Shown here piece after piece: positions 21,106 through 24,000 of a DNA stretch of 24,000 bases (positions are counted from its first letter, which is position 1; each line of letters starts with the position of its first letter). The notes beneath the pieces are model-generated. The model did not search any database and had not been told where the DNA came from. It saw only the letters and a list, made by a program, of their open reading frames with translations. The stretch lies in assembly GCA_002898355.1 (NCBI GenBank), contig BEHD01000012.1:1-24000 (forward strand). Direction: 5' to 3'. A program made the position numbers and the translations under genes. Source of the stretch: an archaeon HR01. GTDB lineage: Archaea > Thermoproteota > Nitrososphaeria_A > Caldarchaeales > Caldarchaeaceae.

Positions 21106-23229
21106 ATGGCTAAAGATATTATCTGTGGAATGTATGTGGATGAGGGGAAGACACCTTTCAAAGCCTCGAGGCATGGTGTCGAATACTATTTCTGCAGCGA
21201 GACTTGTCTTCAGCAGTTTCTCGCACCGGAGAGGGAGTTTCGCACCCTCAAGATATTGACTGTCTTCAGCCTCTCCCTCGGAGGTGTTACAGCCATCTTC
21301 GAATATCTAGTACCGGCATTCCTGGGTGTGGCCCATAACTTTACATGGATGGGGCTGCCCAACTATCTCTGGCTCTTCTTCTTCGCCACACCTGTCCAGT
21401 TCATAGCGGGGTGGAGGTTTTACAGGGGGACATGGGATGCGGTGAGGGCTCGGCAGGCCAACATGGACAGCCTGATAGCCATCGGGACGACCGCCGCATG
21501 GCTATACAGCACCCTCAACACATTCTTCCCCACCCTCCTAATATCCTCAGCCACCGGTGGAGGGCCGTCCGTCTACTTCACCGAGTCTGGGCTGATAATA
21601 GGCTTCATCATGCTTGGGAGGGCGATGGAGCATCTGGTCAAGGGTAGGGCCTCGGATGCGATTAGAAAGCTGATGGACCTACAGCCAAGGCTGGCCAGGG
21701 TTCTGAGAGACGGCCGTGAGGTTGAGATACCTGTCGAAGAGGTTGCCGTTGACGATGTCTTCATCGTTAGGCCGGGTGAGAAGGTTCCCGTGGATGGTGT
21801 GGTGGTTGAAGGCTTCTCCACCGTCGACCAGTCCATGATTACGGGTGAGAGCATACCTGTGGAGAAGAATGTCGGGGACGAGGTTATCGGCGGAACTGTC
21901 AACAAGTCAGGGGTTTTGAAGGTGAGGGCTACGAGGGTGGGAGCCGATACGACGCTTTCAAAGATTGTGGACATGGTTCAGGAGGCCATAGTATCCCAGA
22001 CACCGGTCCAGAGGCTGGCGGACCTCATCTCCTCATACTTCGTACCCGCAGTAGTGGTTGTGGCGGTGGCCGCCTTTCTCTTCTGGAATTATGTCTGGGG
22101 CCTACCCTTCTCTCTCTCGCTCATCATACTCATCTCGGTGTTGATAATCGCATGTCCATGCGCCCTCGGTATTGCGACACCTGCCGCCATAATGATTGGC
22201 GCCTCAAAGGCTGCCCAGCAGGGTGTGCTGATAAAGAGCGGTGAGTTCCTTGAGAAGGCCCACAAGCTCACCACTATTGTGCTGGATAAGACCGGGACCT
22301 TGACCAGGGGTGAGCCCTCTGTGACGGATGTTGTAGCGGTCTCTGCCGTTGGAGACGAGGTCTTGGCTTTGGCGGCGTCGGCCGAGTATGGTTCGGAGCA
22401 CCCGCTGGGGCAGGCTATTGTAAAACACGCCTTATCCAGAGGTCTTGAGGTTAAGCCGGCGGCCTATTTCGAGGCCGTCCCAGGGCATGGGGTTAAGGCT
22501 GTAGTGGAGGGAAAGACGGTTCTGGTGGGGAGTAGGAGGCTGATGAGGGACAACGGTGTCCCCGTGGACCAGACCGTTGAGAACGTGGTTGAGAAGTTGG
22601 AGGATGAGGGGAAGACAGCCATGCTCGTGGCCGTGGACGGTAGGGTGACGGGTGTGGTTGCGGTGGCGGACACTTTGAAGGAAAACGCAGTAGAGGCCGT
22701 AAGTAGACTCAAATCCATGGGCCTGGAGGTTGTAATGCTCACAGGCGACAATAGAAGGACAGCACGAGCAATAGCTGGGAGGCTGGGGATTGAGAAAGTT
22801 CTTGCGGAGGTCCTGCCCGCCGACAAGGCCCGGGTGGTGGCTGAGCTTAAGCGGGAGGGGAAGGTTGTGGGTATGGTGGGTGACGGAGTCAACGACGCTC
22901 CAGCCCTAGCTGCTGCTGACATAGGGTTTGCGATTGGGAGCGGGACAGACATCGCCAAGGAGACGGGAGGAATCATACTGATGCGTGATGACGTCATGGA
23001 TGTGGTCAAAGCCATAGTCCTAAGCCGTAAAGTCATAAGAAAGATAAAGGAGAACCTCTTCTGGGCCTTCGCCTACAACGTAGTCCTCATACCCGTGGCA
23101 GCCGGCGTCCTCTACCCCTCTCTTGGGCTCCTGCTCAACCCAGTGCTGGCGGCGGTGGCCATGGCTGCGTCATCCATTACGGTCACGCTCAACTCGATGA
23201 CGCTGGGCCGGTGGGGCTTCAGACCCTAG
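21106..23229 (+). CDS. copA: Copper-translocating P1B-type ATPase with N-terminal YHS/TRASH metal-binding domain
   Basis: N-terminal IICGMYVD...[12 protein letters not shown] (YHS/TRASH), transmembrane CPC (IIACPCALG), phosphorylation site DKTGTLT, MLTGDN and [10 protein letters not shown]. No N-terminal HMA domain. Confidence 0.92.
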   Translation: MAKDIICGMYVDEGKTPFKASRHGVEYYFCSETCLQQFLAPEREFRTLKILTVFSLSLGGVTAIFEYLVPAFLGVAHNFTWMGLPNYLWLFFFATPVQFIAGWRFYRGTWDAVRARQANMDSLIAIGTTAAWLYSTLNTFFPTLLISSATGGGPSVYFTESGLIIGFIMLGRAMEHLVKGRASDAIRKLMDLQPRLARVLRDGREVEIPVEEVAVDDVFIVRPGEKVPVDGVVVEGFSTVDQSMITGESIPVEKNVGDEVIGGTVNKSGVLKVRATRVGADTTLSKIVDMVQEAIVSQTPVQRLADLISSYFVPAVVVVAVAAFLFWNYVWGLPFSLSLIILISVLIIACPCALGIATPAAIMIGASKAAQQGVLIKSGEFLEKAHKLTTIVLDKTGTLTRGEPSVTDVVAVSAVGDEVLALAASAEYGSEHPLGQAIVKHALSRGLEVKPAAYFEAVPGHGVKAVVEGKTVLVGSRRLMRDNGVPVDQTVENVVEKLEDEGKTAMLVAVDGRVTGVVAVADTLKENAVEAVSRLKSMGLEVVMLTGDNRRTARAIAGRLGIEKVLAEVLPADKARVVAELKREGKVVGMVGDGVNDAPALAAADIGFAIGSGTDIAKETGGIILMRDDVMDVVKAIVLSRKVIRKIKENLFWAFAYNVVLIPVAAGVLYPSLGLLLNPVLAAVAMAASSITVTLNSMTLGRWGFRP

Positions 23230-23447
23230 CGTCTATAAACCGGGACCGCAGTATATCCACTCCTCCTCACAGCCTCGACTATCTCCTCCTCCGTTGTTGC
23301 GGATGGGTCGTAGTCCACCAGTATCAGGTCAGCCACGTAGTTGGCTCCCACCTTCTTGACGCCCCCCAGACTTTTAAGGGCCTTCCTCACCGGTATCAGA
23401 CATGTGGAGCATGGGGCACCCACAATCCTCAGCCCAACCCTTCTCAT
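23226..23447 (-). CDS. Small HMA-fold metallochaperone-like protein (CopZ-like), atypical CSTC site
   Basis: The 73 aa from the internal ATG 23447 ([65 protein letters not shown]) fit the beta-alpha-beta-beta-alpha-beta HMA pattern. The rest of the 205-aa track ORF is antisense to the KaiC-like gene. Confidence 0.65.
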   Translation of the reverse strand: MRRVGLRIVGAPCSTCLIPVRKALKSLGGVKKVGANYVADLILVDYDPSATTEEEIVEAVRRSGYTAVPVYRR

Positions 23448-23513
23448 ACCATACAGCCATAGTATAATCCGTCTTATCTGCTTATTAGCTGGCAGATTAA
23501 AGGGGATGTTGGG

Positions 23514-24000
23514 ATGGTCCAGCTGGAGAGGCTCTCCACAGGTGTGGCTGGGCTGGACAACCTGATAGAGGGCGGCATACCCAGGGGCTTCTTCGTGGCG
23601 GTCACAGGGGAGCCTGGATGCGGAAAGACCATCCTCTGCATCCACTTCATAGCTAAGGGGGTTGAGGAGGAGGATAGATGCGTATATGTCACGACTGAGG
23701 AGTCGAGGGAGTCCATCATCAGGCAGGCCTCCATGTTCGGAATCGACCTGGGGAAGGCCGTCGAGAAGAGGAGGCTGATCATCGTGGATGCTTTGATGGG
23801 TGAGGAGAGCAGGTGGTCTCTCAACTATCTGGATGTGGAGCATCTACTGGAGAAGGTGGTGGAGGCTAAGAGGGAGCTGGGATATGGTAGGGCGAGGCTG
23901 GTTATCGACTCCATGTCGGCCTTCTGGCTGGACAGGCCAGTCATGGCACGCCGCTACTCCTACACCGTAAAGAAGGTCCTCTCCAAATGGGATTTCACGA
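23514..24000 (+). CDS. KaiC/RadA-like RecA-superfamily ATPase (5' partial, continues beyond the window)
   Basis: My own translation of an open frame absent from the ORF track because it has no stop in the window: MVQLERLSTGVAGLDNLIEGGIPRGFFVAVTGEPGCGKTILCIHFIAKGVEEEDRCVYVTTEESRESIIRQASMFGIDL...RLVIDSMSAF. It has Walker A GEPGCGKT and Walker B LVIDS. An in-frame stop lies at 23460-23462 upstream. Confidence 0.8.
   Translation, partial: MVQLERLSTGVAGLDNLIEGGIPRGFFVAVTGEPGCGKTILCIHFIAKGVEEEDRCVYVTTEESRESIIRQASMFGIDLGKAVEKRRLIIVDALMGEESRWSLNYLDVEHLLEKVVEAKRELGYGRARLVIDSMSAFWLDRPVMARRYSYTVKKVLSKWDFT

Noticed and set aside
21065-21259. 64-aa ORF overlapping the copA start in another frame
   Set aside because: It overlaps the well-supported copA N-terminus (YHS/TRASH motif in frame with the ATPase) and has no motifs of its own.
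22464-23036. 190-aa minus-strand ORF inside copA (also 21573-21974, 22089-22428)
   Set aside because: Antisense shadows with Ser/Thr/Pro/Ala-rich composition. copA on the + strand is unambiguous.
23226-23843. 205-aa minus-strand ORF from the track
   Set aside because: Only the last 73 codons (from ATG 23447) look like a protein (HMA fold). The upstream part is Pro/Leu/Asp-rich with no motifs and is exactly antisense to a clear KaiC-like gene starting at 23514.
1-24000. Search for CRISPR arrays, IS elements, integrases, toxin-antitoxin pairs or recognisable defence genes
   Set aside because: I saw no regularly spaced direct repeats, no transposase/integrase-like translations and no known defence-system domains in any frame.

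Overview
This is a densely packed archaeal chromosomal window. It looks Thermoproteota/Crenarchaeota-like: both tRNAs carry short D-arm introns, TATA-like boxes sit about 22-27 nt upstream of start codons, TTG/GTG starts are frequent, and aEF-1beta, Cdc48, eS19, Rpp21, Rpo12, FEN1, A-type ATPase subunits and a DsrE/TusA pair are present. I call 30 CDS (one running off the 3' edge) and 2 tRNAs. I see no CRISPR array, rRNA, transposase or integrase. Most genes are housekeeping: translation, RNA processing, replication, a glycosylation cassette, polyamine-like metabolism and lipid metabolism. The least explained content is: (i) an orphan CxxC protein translationally coupled to a COG0523 metallochaperone GTPase, next to DsrE/TusA, a YHS/TRASH-headed CopA and a small HMA protein; (ii) an unassignable 227-aa ORF at the end of the GT4-epimerase operon; (iii) a small wHTH ORF coupled to cdc48; (iv) a roughly 320-bp G-rich gap with a G-quadruplex-type motif. 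Structurally, all six convergent gene junctions have zero or negative spacing, three of them sharing a CTAG that encodes both stop codons. tRNA-Gln overlaps the stop codon of the aminotransferase gene. Two divergent gene pairs appear to share or interleave their TATA boxes. All functional calls come from reading the supplied translations for motifs. No database search was run.
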